Assembly: GCA_017449415.1 (NCBI GenBank)
Contig: JAFSJO010000045.1
Span: forward strand, 1-61,874
Reading direction: 5' to 3'
Source of the DNA: Synergistaceae bacterium
GTDB lineage: Bacteria; Synergistota; Synergistia; Synergistales; Aminobacteriaceae
Length of the DNA stretch: 61,874 bases
A program made the translations under genes and the position numbers. Under the pieces are notes generated by a model that saw nothing but the letters and a program-made list of their open reading frames with translations, had not been told where the DNA came from and did not search any database. Shown here piece by piece: positions 29,052-36,870 of the stretch; position 1 is the stretch's first letter; every line of letters begins with the position of its first letter.

Positions 29052-29501
29052 TTGAGGCTTTTGATACAGATAGTGAAGCGCGCTTCCGTCATCGTCAATG
29101 GCAACGTGAGCGACAAACGCACGATAGAGCAGGGCGTGTGTGTGTTCATTGGCGTTACTCACGGAGATAACGAGAAGAAAGCTGACTGGCTCGCGGAGAA
29201 GATGGTCGGGCTTCGGATCTTCAGCGACGCTGACGGTAAAATAAATCTTTCATTGAAAGACATCAACGGCGATGCGCTGCTCGTGTCGCAGTTCTCGCTC
29301 TACGCTTCAATGAAAGGACGCAGACCGGGCTTCACTGATGCCGCGAAACCTGACGAGGCCGAACGGCTTTATAATTATTTCGTCGAGAAAGTGAAAACTT
29401 TTGGGCTGAAAAAAATTTCGTGCGGAGAGTTCGGCGCGGATATGGAAGTCGAGATCATCAACGACGGGCCGTTGACTTTCATAGTGGACTCGCCGGAATA
29501 G
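29052..29501 (+). CDS. dtd: D-aminoacyl-tRNA deacylase
   Basis: 149 aa with a TTG start. It has MRLLIQIVKRASV, SQFSLYA and the C-terminal GPLTF motif. Confidence 0.9.
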   Translation: MRLLIQIVKRASVIVNGNVSDKRTIEQGVCVFIGVTHGDNEKKADWLAEKMVGLRIFSDADGKINLSLKDINGDALLVSQFSLYASMKGRRPGFTDAAKPDEAERLYNYFVEKVKTFGLKKISCGEFGADMEVEIINDGPLTFIVDSPE

Positions 29502-29531
29502 CACGAAGAGATATCGAAAGGAATTTCTATC

Positions 29532-30167
29532 ATGGAGTATAAACGATTCCCACTGGGAGCATTATGGACAAACGGATATTTATTTTGGGACGACGAGACG
29601 CGAGACGCGTTCTTTATCGACCCGGGCGGAAAGACGAAAGACGTTACAAAATTTCTGAGCGCGCATGATCTGAATTTGAAGATGGTTCTGCTCACGCATG
29701 GCCATATAGATCACATCGCGGGCGTTCATGAGTTTGTCCCGTTCGTCGGAGATAACATCTACATCGGCAAGAACGACGCGGCAATGTTGAAAAATCCGTC
29801 TCACCAGCTTCAGGCTCTCTTGGGCGTGAACTGCAACGGTCTCGACGAGTTCAAGACTGTTGAGGAGGGTCGCGTCATTGAGTTCCCCGGCTACAAAATC
29901 AAAGTCATGGAGACCCCCGGCCACACCGAGGGCAGCGTCTGCTACCTCATCGAAGACAAGAACGGACATAAAATTTTGGTCTCAGGCGATACGTTGTTCG
30001 CTCAGAGCGTCGGACGCACAGATCTGGAGGGCGGAGACAGCCTCAAGCTCGAGAACTCACTGCGGCGGCTTGCCGAACTCAGCGACGGCCTTCACGTCCT
30101 GCCCGGCCACGGCCCGGACACCAGCATAGGCGAGGAACGCGAGCTAAATCCCTACTGGCCAAGATAA
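29532..30167 (+). CDS. MBL-fold metallo-hydrolase (glyoxalase II-like)
   Basis: 211 aa with THGHIDH, TPGHTEG and GDTLF motifs. Confidence 0.8.
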   Translation: MEYKRFPLGALWTNGYLFWDDETRDAFFIDPGGKTKDVTKFLSAHDLNLKMVLLTHGHIDHIAGVHEFVPFVGDNIYIGKNDAAMLKNPSHQLQALLGVNCNGLDEFKTVEEGRVIEFPGYKIKVMETPGHTEGSVCYLIEDKNGHKILVSGDTLFAQSVGRTDLEGGDSLKLENSLRRLAELSDGLHVLPGHGPDTSIGEERELNPYWPR

Positions 30168-30181
30168 TCAGGAGCGAGGAA

Positions 30182-31237
30182 ATGTTCAAATATTTTTCGG
30201 GAATGTTGGGGCTTGATGTCGGCATCGACTTAGGCTCTTCAAATATTGTTGTCTATGTCAAGGACAAGGGCATAGTGTTCAGTGAACCGTCAGCGGTTGC
30301 GGCTCGAAAGCTCCCGCGCGGCGACGGCTACGAGATCATAGCGGTCGGCAACGAAGCTAAAGCAATGTCGGGTAAAGTCCCGGGCGGCATCGAAGCTGTC
30401 TGGCCTCTCGAAGGCGGCGTAATTGCGAATTTCGACATGACTCAGGAGCTGTTGCGATATTGCTTGAAGCGCGTGAGCGTCAACAGTGCCTTCGCAGTTC
30501 ACCCGCGTGTGGTGATCTCAATCCCCGCAGAGGTTACAGGAGTCGAACGCAAGGCGGCCATCGACGCAACATTAGGAGCGGGCGCGAGTGAAGCCTACGT
30601 CGTCGAGGAACCTATCAGCGCGGCTCTTGGCGTGGGGCTTCCGATCGACAAGCCCAACGGCTGCATGATCATCGACATCGGCGGCGGCACCAGCGAGGTC
30701 AGCGTAATCTCACTCGGCGGCGTGGTCGTAACAAGCTCATTGCGGACGGCAGGGCGAATGATGGACAACGCGATCATCAACATGGTGCGGCAGCGTTACG
30801 CGCTCTTGATCGGCGAGACCACCGCTGAGGAGGTCAAAAACACTATAGGCTCGGCCCTCCCAATGAACCCGGAGTTAGAGATGAGCGTCAAAGGTCGCGA
30901 CCTCTCAGGCGGACTCCCAAAGAGCGACACTGTCTCCTCAATTGAAGTTCGCGAGGCAATGGAACCTATCTTCGTTGGAATTGAAGACATGGTGAAAGTA
31001 GCCTTGGAAAAGATGCCCCCCGAGCTTGCTAAAGATGTCGTGGATCGTGGCGTGATCCTGTCCGGCGGGGTCGCCTTGATGAACGGCTTCGCGGAGAGGC
31101 TGTCCCGTGCAATCAACACGCCGGTCATAGTCGCTGAGAAGCCGCTGTATTCGGTCGCTTTGGGGCTTGGAAAAATTCTTGACAATCTCGGACAGATGCG
31201 CAGGGTCTTGATGTCGGTCGAGCGTGGCTCGCGCTAA
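30182..31237 (+). CDS. mreB: Rod-shape-determining protein MreB
   Basis: 351 aa with an actin-like fold. It has DLGSSNIVVY, DIGGGTSEVS and GGVALMNG. Confidence 0.95.
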   Translation: MFKYFSGMLGLDVGIDLGSSNIVVYVKDKGIVFSEPSAVAARKLPRGDGYEIIAVGNEAKAMSGKVPGGIEAVWPLEGGVIANFDMTQELLRYCLKRVSVNSAFAVHPRVVISIPAEVTGVERKAAIDATLGAGASEAYVVEEPISAALGVGLPIDKPNGCMIIDIGGGTSEVSVISLGGVVVTSSLRTAGRMMDNAIINMVRQRYALLIGETTAEEVKNTIGSALPMNPELEMSVKGRDLSGGLPKSDTVSSIEVREAMEPIFVGIEDMVKVALEKMPPELAKDVVDRGVILSGGVALMNGFAERLSRAINTPVIVAEKPLYSVALGLGKILDNLGQMRRVLMSVERGSR

Positions 31238-32008
31238 ATGGACAACAAACGAAACACAACCCGGGAATGGGTACACGGTCTCACGGCTCTGATACTCGCG
31301 TTGTTCTTGTTGGGCGTAAGCCCCGGGCTTGGTATCGTAAAGAACATCGTCGATCTTTGGGGCGCGCTGCTGTTTATCCCGGAGGCTCCGGCGGTGCTTA
31401 TGCGCGATGTCTTCATCGAATGGCGGTCGTGGTCGCGTAACAAAGACTCCCTCAACGAGGAGGTAACTCGCCTTCGAGAGGAGAACGCTCAGCTTCGGCT
31501 TGACCTCGCAAAGATAACCGGCGAGAAAATATATTCCAATGACGTTAAAAATAATCTTCGCACTGCCCGCGTCAGTCTTCGCGCTCCGCTGTCGTGGTGG
31601 AACGAGATCCGAATAGACAAAGGCGAGGTGGATAACATCACTCAGGGGATCCCTGTCTTCTATAATGGCTACCTGCTCGGGCGAGTTAGCTCCGTCTCGA
31701 CCGTCTCGGCGTGGGTTGAGCTGATAACTTCGCCGTCGTTCATGATCCCCGCCGTCATCGAAGAGACCCGCGAGCTTGGTGTCATTGCTGGGGACGGGAA
31801 TGGCTCTGTGGTCTTGCGTTACATTCCGGCCGGGCGCGGCATCAAATCCGGAATGAGGGTCAGCACCGCGATGATAGGCGAGCAGCTTTCACCCGGGCTT
31901 CCGATCGGGAAGATCGTTGGCGAAGTCTCCTCAGGCTCCGACGGCTACGCGACATACAAGGTCGAACCCGGCGCGGAACTTTCAAAATTTTACACGGTTG
32001 ATTATTAA
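31238..32008 (+). CDS. mreC: Rod-shape-determining protein MreC
   Basis: 256 aa with an N-terminal TM, a coiled coil (LREENAQLRLDL) and a beta-rich C-terminus. It lies directly after mreB. Confidence 0.8.
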   Translation: MDNKRNTTREWVHGLTALILALFLLGVSPGLGIVKNIVDLWGALLFIPEAPAVLMRDVFIEWRSWSRNKDSLNEEVTRLREENAQLRLDLAKITGEKIYSNDVKNNLRTARVSLRAPLSWWNEIRIDKGEVDNITQGIPVFYNGYLLGRVSSVSTVSAWVELITSPSFMIPAVIEETRELGVIAGDGNGSVVLRYIPAGRGIKSGMRVSTAMIGEQLSPGLPIGKIVGEVSSGSDGYATYKVEPGAELSKFYTVDY

Positions 32009-32011
32009 AAG

Positions 32012-32467
32012 ATGCTTTTAGTTATATTGTGGCTCATTCAGGATTTCCTGACGATCTTGCACGGCGGCGGTATGCAGATACCGGGTCTGTTTATTCTCGG
32101 GATCGTCTATAAGCTCCTGTTCGACGAGGACATCGACGGGAGTCTGTGGGCGATATGGAGCGCGTTCGCCGGAGGCATTCTGTGGGATCTGCGCTGGCTC
32201 GGGATCCCCGGCTTCTTCACGCTCGGCAATGTCGTCGTTGTCCTGATAGTGATTCAGATTTGGGGCGCGATACCTCCGCAGGGACGAACGAGAGGGACGG
32301 CCTTTTTGGTCTTCGTGTTGATGGAGGTCTCGCAGCTTCTGCCGCCGCTTCTTCCGACGATGATATTAGGAGGCAGCACAGGCTTGAATTTCTTCATACT
32401 GCGTCAAACTTACTCGCTGCCCGCGATCCTAGTAACGATGTATCTGTACCTCAAAAGAGTAAAATAA
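32012..32467 (+). CDS. mreD: Probable rod-shape-determining protein MreD
   Basis: 151 aa, a strongly hydrophobic multi-TM protein in the canonical position after mreBC. Confidence 0.55.
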   Translation: MLLVILWLIQDFLTILHGGGMQIPGLFILGIVYKLLFDEDIDGSLWAIWSAFAGGILWDLRWLGIPGFFTLGNVVVVLIVIQIWGAIPPQGRTRGTAFLVFVLMEVSQLLPPLLPTMILGGSTGLNFFILRQTYSLPAILVTMYLYLKRVK

Positions 32468-32491
32468 AAACTGAAAGAGGGAATTAACGAA

Positions 32492-33781
32492 ATGACTTCA
32501 CAAGGCAAATCCTACAAGGCCGGCATGGCTCTGTATAGATTTTGCGCGGCGATATTCTTCAACTTCGGCGGACTTAGATTTCTGCGGCGCAAATACAAGA
32601 ACGATATCTCAGAGAGGCTCGGCAATGTCTCCGGCGTTACGGAGGGCGCAATATGGATCCACGCTGTCTCGGTCGGCGAGGTTCAGTCGGCCAGCTCCCT
32701 CATACGCAGGATAAAGAGCAAAAGTCCAATGCGCTGCGTGCTATCGACAGTTACGGCGACGGGGCGCGACATGGCATATAGATTGCTGTCCGGGACGGTC
32801 GAGAAAATTTTCTATAGTCCGTTCGACTCAAAAAAATTCGTAACCCGCGCACTCGATAACATAAAGCCCGCTATGTATATCTCAATGGAGACGGAGCTGT
32901 GGCCGGAGATGTTCGCCCAGCTGAAAGCTCGAAACATTCCGTCATTCCTTGCCAACGGAAGAATTTCCGAGAAGAGCTTCAAGAGGCTTCGCCGCACGAG
33001 ATTTTTCTGGCGCGGTGTCCTTGACGCTCTCACGAAGTTGATGGTGCGCTTCAACGAGGATCGAGAGAAATTCATCGCGCTCGGAGTGCCGCCGGAAAAA
33101 ATTTTCGTCACGGGAGATTGCAAGGTCGATGCGCTGCTAGATCGCCGAAAGGTTACAGGCCCGGAGAAATGGGAGTGGCTGAAGAGAGACGAAGCTCCGC
33201 TGTTCGTGGCGGGAAGCACTCATCAGGGCGAGGACGAGATAGTGATCTCGGCGTTTCGTATCGTGAGGAGGAAATTCCCCGGCGCGAGGCTCATAATCGT
33301 TCCTCGACACCCCGAAAGAGCTTTGATGACCGTCGCGTCTGTCCTGCCGTATCCAGAACTGAACGCCGAGCTGTTATCCCGGATCGAAGCCGACAACGAG
33401 AAGTTGAAGACCGCCGACGTTATCGCCGTAGATCGGATCGGAATTTTGTTTGACCTCTACGCGGTTGCTGATGCTGTGTTCATTGGCGGGAGCCTCGTCG
33501 AGAAGGGCGGCCAAAATCCTTTCGAGCCTGCGTTGTTCGGCTTGCCTGCGATCCATGGCCCCTGCATGACGGATTTCCCCGACACTGACCGCATGGACTC
33601 GATGGGCGCGGCTGTCCGCGTGAGCAACGACACCGAACTCGCGAGAGCTTGGGAGGATCGCCTCGATGCCGGAGCTGTGAGCAAAGCTCTGAGGGACTGC
33701 GACGAGTATTTCAAGACCCTCGGGGGCGCGGCCAAGAGGACATGGAACGAGATCGAAGCCTCAATGAACAATGAGGAGTGA
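32492..33781 (+). CDS. waaA: 3-deoxy-D-manno-octulosonic acid (Kdo) transferase
   Basis: 429 aa with IWIHAVSVGEV, a STHQGEDE-type motif and GGSLVEKGGQNPFEPA. Confidence 0.85.
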   Translation: MTSQGKSYKAGMALYRFCAAIFFNFGGLRFLRRKYKNDISERLGNVSGVTEGAIWIHAVSVGEVQSASSLIRRIKSKSPMRCVLSTVTATGRDMAYRLLSGTVEKIFYSPFDSKKFVTRALDNIKPAMYISMETELWPEMFAQLKARNIPSFLANGRISEKSFKRLRRTRFFWRGVLDALTKLMVRFNEDREKFIALGVPPEKIFVTGDCKVDALLDRRKVTGPEKWEWLKRDEAPLFVAGSTHQGEDEIVISAFRIVRRKFPGARLIIVPRHPERALMTVASVLPYPELNAELLSRIEADNEKLKTADVIAVDRIGILFDLYAVADAVFIGGSLVEKGGQNPFEPALFGLPAIHGPCMTDFPDTDRMDSMGAAVRVSNDTELARAWEDRLDAGAVSKALRDCDEYFKTLGGAAKRTWNEIEASMNNEE

Positions 33782-33794
33782 GAAGCCTCACCCC
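33775..33794. terminator. Weak hairpin between the convergent waaA and the 1008-aa ORF
   Basis: GGAGTGAG (33775-33782) pairs with CTCACCCC (33787-33794) at 7 of 8 positions around the tetraloop AAGC. There is no U-run. The right arm is part of the heptamer array. Confidence 0.3.
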
Positions 33795-33805
33795 TAACCC
33801 CTCAC
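33785..33805 (-). repeat. Heptamer array (GTGAGGG)(GTTAGGG)(GTGAGGC) overlapping the stop of the 1008-aa ORF
   Basis: The + strand reads gcctcac ccctaac ccctcac. The ORF ends GTG AGG GGT TAG (..VRG*). Confidence 0.65.
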
Positions 33806-36800
33806 CAAGCAGTCGCTCAACTCCTGACAGATCGCCTTGACCTTGTCAATGTCCTCTTTCTTCACATACTCCGGGTGAGCATGGAAGAGAGGGTTTCTGA
33901 CCCAATGAAGTTTCTCAAAGCGTTCTTTCCAGTACGTCGCGAACGGCTTGCCATCAAAGAACGGCGAGAACGACACCCAATACTGCCCCATGATCGTCCC
34001 AAGCACGTTGATCGGCAGAATGTCAAGAAGCCCCGCGTCGGGGTTGTATTTTTTGCGCGTCTTCGTCAGTGAGTTCTGATACTCCTCAGTGTCGAGGATC
34101 GGGTTAGCTTTCTTCAGCGCGTCATCGAGGTTGTCCGGGCTCGTCCTGAGTATGCTCGGGAGTTCTCTCTTCATGAGGCGGACGATCGTGGACTGAACGC
34201 TCAATATCCTGAAGATCTCCGGCGAGAGCTTCACCTCCGGGTCCAATATGAAGATGTCCTTTCGCGTCGCGTACTCGTCAACGGCACTCTTGATAGCCTG
34301 TTGGAGGTTCGCGTAAATGTTCCCGTCGCTGAGGCTTATCCCGAGTTTTCCAACAGCCGCGCCGGCGTATTCGGGGTTGTATATCATCGAGCGCAGCGTC
34401 GAGTAGAGCATCGGAGCCCCGGCAACGTACCCGAGAGTTAAAAGCCCCTCGAAGAACTTGCTGAAGTCGTTACATTCAAGGAGGCTGCACCCCGCGAGCG
34501 AGACATCTTGCGGCGACCACTTGCCCGTCCTGCTGTGAAATCTCAGGCCGTTCACGAAGTACGAGTAAATATAAATCTTCAGCCACGTGTTATCGTCATC
34601 AATGCGTCGCGCGATCTGAATCTCCTCGGAAATTCTCAACAGGCAATAGCGTCGCGCTGTGTCGTAGTTCTCGTCGTTCTTCTTCGCGCCGTCGAGCTGC
34701 GCGTAGATCAGATACTCCAGACCCTTATACGCCATGATGCGAATGTTCTCTTCCTCGGCTGCTGAGAAAAATCTTATGTCCGTGTCGTCCGCGAGTGCGA
34801 AGAAGTTGTAGACGTAACGCGCAATCAGGAAACACCTGTCGGCTCGTTCGGCGTTGGAGAGGCTCGAGTCCTCGCTGTTGAACTTGCTGATTAGCTGAAG
34901 ATAGTTCGCCTTGACCTCCTTGAAGTGTCCGCGCCTGTAGAATGTGTCGCTCAAAAATTCCGTGCTGCATCGCCCGGCGACCGACACGCTCAAAATTTTA
35001 TCCTGCAGGAACTTCGGAAGCTCGTTGAACGTCTCGACACCTTTCTGACTCTGCTCGTGGATTTTATTCTGAGACGGCTGAACCTGTTGGCTCTCGCCCG
35101 GGTCGTAAGGCTCCAAAGGAACGTAGCCGCGGTTGATAAGCTCGTCGATCTCGGGAGATATGTTCCAGTCGTTGCCTTCGCCTTTGCCCTCTTCGTCAAG
35201 CGGCAAGTTCATTTTGATCTTGGCTTTCTCGATCAGTCCGCCGTCAGTCCAAGCCTTGACCTTGTCATCGGGGAATGGCACCGCCGACTCGATGTTATGG
35301 ATCTGTATCTTGTCGTTGAGTACGCCGCGAGTGAAGCGCACCGGGTGTCCCTCAGCCGACGGAGAATATTCAAGGAAGACCATGAGCAACGGATCCGAGA
35401 CGTTATTCTCGTTGAATGTGAACAGCTCGCCGGTCTTCGTCCTGACCTTGCCGAACGGGATATCGTCATGCCGCCGATAAAAATCTATCTCGCCCTCCTC
35501 CGACAGAGCCGACTGCATGTCGACCTTTAATACATTCTCGATGTCGTAATTCTTCTCGCGGACATCGAACGCCGCCGGGCCGAGCGTGTTGTTGCCGAGT
35601 CTGAACGTAACTTTCAACAGCGGGTGCATCTTCTTGCCAACGAGGAGCTTTCGTCTCAGCTCGCGATCCTGAATTTGATTGAAGTGTACGAAGACGGAGT
35701 TTTCAGAACTTAGCGGGATATTATATTTTTTCAGCAGAGGACACTTGATGAAGCCGAATAGTTTGTCTCTGTTGAGATTAAAAAATTCAAACTCGCCCTC
35801 AAATCTATGCGTGCTCCAATCTATCCGGGGCGCGGGGTCTTCGGCGGGCGCGGAGTTCTCTTTCTCGGAAAGTTTTATAGCGTCGGTGATGATCTTATCG
35901 TCAGACGGCCGTGTGTCGAGCCACTCACGCAACGCCTTGATGTTCTCCTCCGTGAACAGCCGCTCTTTATTCGGCCAAGCTGAGAAGCTCAGAACTTTCC
36001 ATGACAGCGCAGCGACGTGACTAAACTCAACCTCGCTATCGTCCTTTATCGCGTTGTCGAGTATCCACTTCAGCACCGAGACAAGCTGAGGCGGCTCGAG
36101 CTTCAGGAACGTAGCGAAATTCTTCGGGGTTAAAGGTTCGCTGACCGCGATACAGGCACTCGCTAGGAACTTCGACGCGGCAGTTGACGAAGCCATGAAC
36201 GCGCCGTGGAAGTCGTGAATTTTCATGTAAAGTTTCACGCTCTTCTCGCTCTCGCCGGTGAGATAAAGGACGAAGGCGTAAATCTCGGACGCGGCTATGA
36301 TAGTTTTATTGGCTTTCCATAGCTGGTGAGCTGTGTCGCGGATCTCGCGCATACGCATAGAGTACGGTCTGTCCTCGTGAGCTTTCACGGCGTACTGATA
36401 CTTCGTTAAGATACTCTCGATTATGCTCTGGATTTTGCTCTGTCCTTTCGTCCGGAATTTTCTCACGTAGTCGGCGTTGAGTGTGTAGGTCTCCAAGGTC
36501 TCGCGCATATCGCCAAAGATTTTTTCGAGGTTCTCGTTAAACATAACAACTTTAGGCTCGGGCTTGGCCTCAACGACTGGAGCAGGAGCTGTAGCTGTCG
36601 CTGGAGCTGAGACCGGGACAGGCGCGGGGGCTTTCTCCTCCGTTGCGGCTCCGGGTATCGGCTTAACGCCCCATATCATTGGATACACCCAAAGTTCATC
36701 GCCCAACGCTATATGATCATCTTCACAGCCTAAAAGGATCCCGGAGGTCTTTCTGCCGTCCGGCATCAGCATAATCTCAATGTTCTTTCCAAGATATTGT

Positions 36801-36820
36801 TCGAGATGTTTACGATCCAA
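33794..36820 (-). CDS. Large uncharacterised protein: Sm-like N-terminal barrel, Pro/Ala linker, helical region, two cold-shock-like OB folds, helical repeat region and a C-terminal Swt1-type HEPN domain
   Basis: 1008 aa with a TTG start at 36820, 9 nt after AAGGGAG. Residues 339-421 read GEFEFFNLNRDKLFGFIKCP..SVFVHFNQI..GPAAFDV. Residues 441-511 form a degenerate second copy. Residues 930-1005 contain HWVRNPLFHAHPEY (R975-N-x3-H980). There is no P-loop and no TM. Confidence 0.7.
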   Translation of the reverse strand: MDRKHLEQYLGKNIEIMLMPDGRKTSGILLGCEDDHIALGDELWVYPMIWGVKPIPGAATEEKAPAPVPVSAPATATAPAPVVEAKPEPKVVMFNENLEKIFGDMRETLETYTLNADYVRKFRTKGQSKIQSIIESILTKYQYAVKAHEDRPYSMRMREIRDTAHQLWKANKTIIAASEIYAFVLYLTGESEKSVKLYMKIHDFHGAFMASSTAASKFLASACIAVSEPLTPKNFATFLKLEPPQLVSVLKWILDNAIKDDSEVEFSHVAALSWKVLSFSAWPNKERLFTEENIKALREWLDTRPSDDKIITDAIKLSEKENSAPAEDPAPRIDWSTHRFEGEFEFFNLNRDKLFGFIKCPLLKKYNIPLSSENSVFVHFNQIQDRELRRKLLVGKKMHPLLKVTFRLGNNTLGPAAFDVREKNYDIENVLKVDMQSALSEEGEIDFYRRHDDIPFGKVRTKTGELFTFNENNVSDPLLMVFLEYSPSAEGHPVRFTRGVLNDKIQIHNIESAVPFPDDKVKAWTDGGLIEKAKIKMNLPLDEEGKGEGNDWNISPEIDELINRGYVPLEPYDPGESQQVQPSQNKIHEQSQKGVETFNELPKFLQDKILSVSVAGRCSTEFLSDTFYRRGHFKEVKANYLQLISKFNSEDSSLSNAERADRCFLIARYVYNFFALADDTDIRFFSAAEEENIRIMAYKGLEYLIYAQLDGAKKNDENYDTARRYCLLRISEEIQIARRIDDDNTWLKIYIYSYFVNGLRFHSRTGKWSPQDVSLAGCSLLECNDFSKFFEGLLTLGYVAGAPMLYSTLRSMIYNPEYAGAAVGKLGISLSDGNIYANLQQAIKSAVDEYATRKDIFILDPEVKLSPEIFRILSVQSTIVRLMKRELPSILRTSPDNLDDALKKANPILDTEEYQNSLTKTRKKYNPDAGLLDILPINVLGTIMGQYWVSFSPFFDGKPFATYWKERFEKLHWVRNPLFHAHPEYVKKEDIDKVKAICQELSDCLVRG

Positions 36821-36849
36821 AATTTAACACTCCCTTTGTGATTGATTAT

Positions 36850-36863
36850 GGAGTTAGGAATGA
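36850..36863 (+). repeat. Partial heptamer copy GGA(GTTAGGA)ATGA between purL and the 1008-aa ORF
   Basis: tatGGAGTTAGGAATGAtg lies in the 50-nt spacer, antisense to both flanking genes. Confidence 0.35.
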
Positions 36864-36870
36864 TGAATTG

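Noticed and set aside
33794-36820. The idea that the 1008-aa HEPN protein is a Cas13-like effector.
   Set aside because: Only one convincing RNxxxH motif is present. A second candidate, R158/R161..H165, is weak. There is no CRISPR array or cas gene anywhere in the window, and the cold-shock-like folds are not a Cas13 feature.
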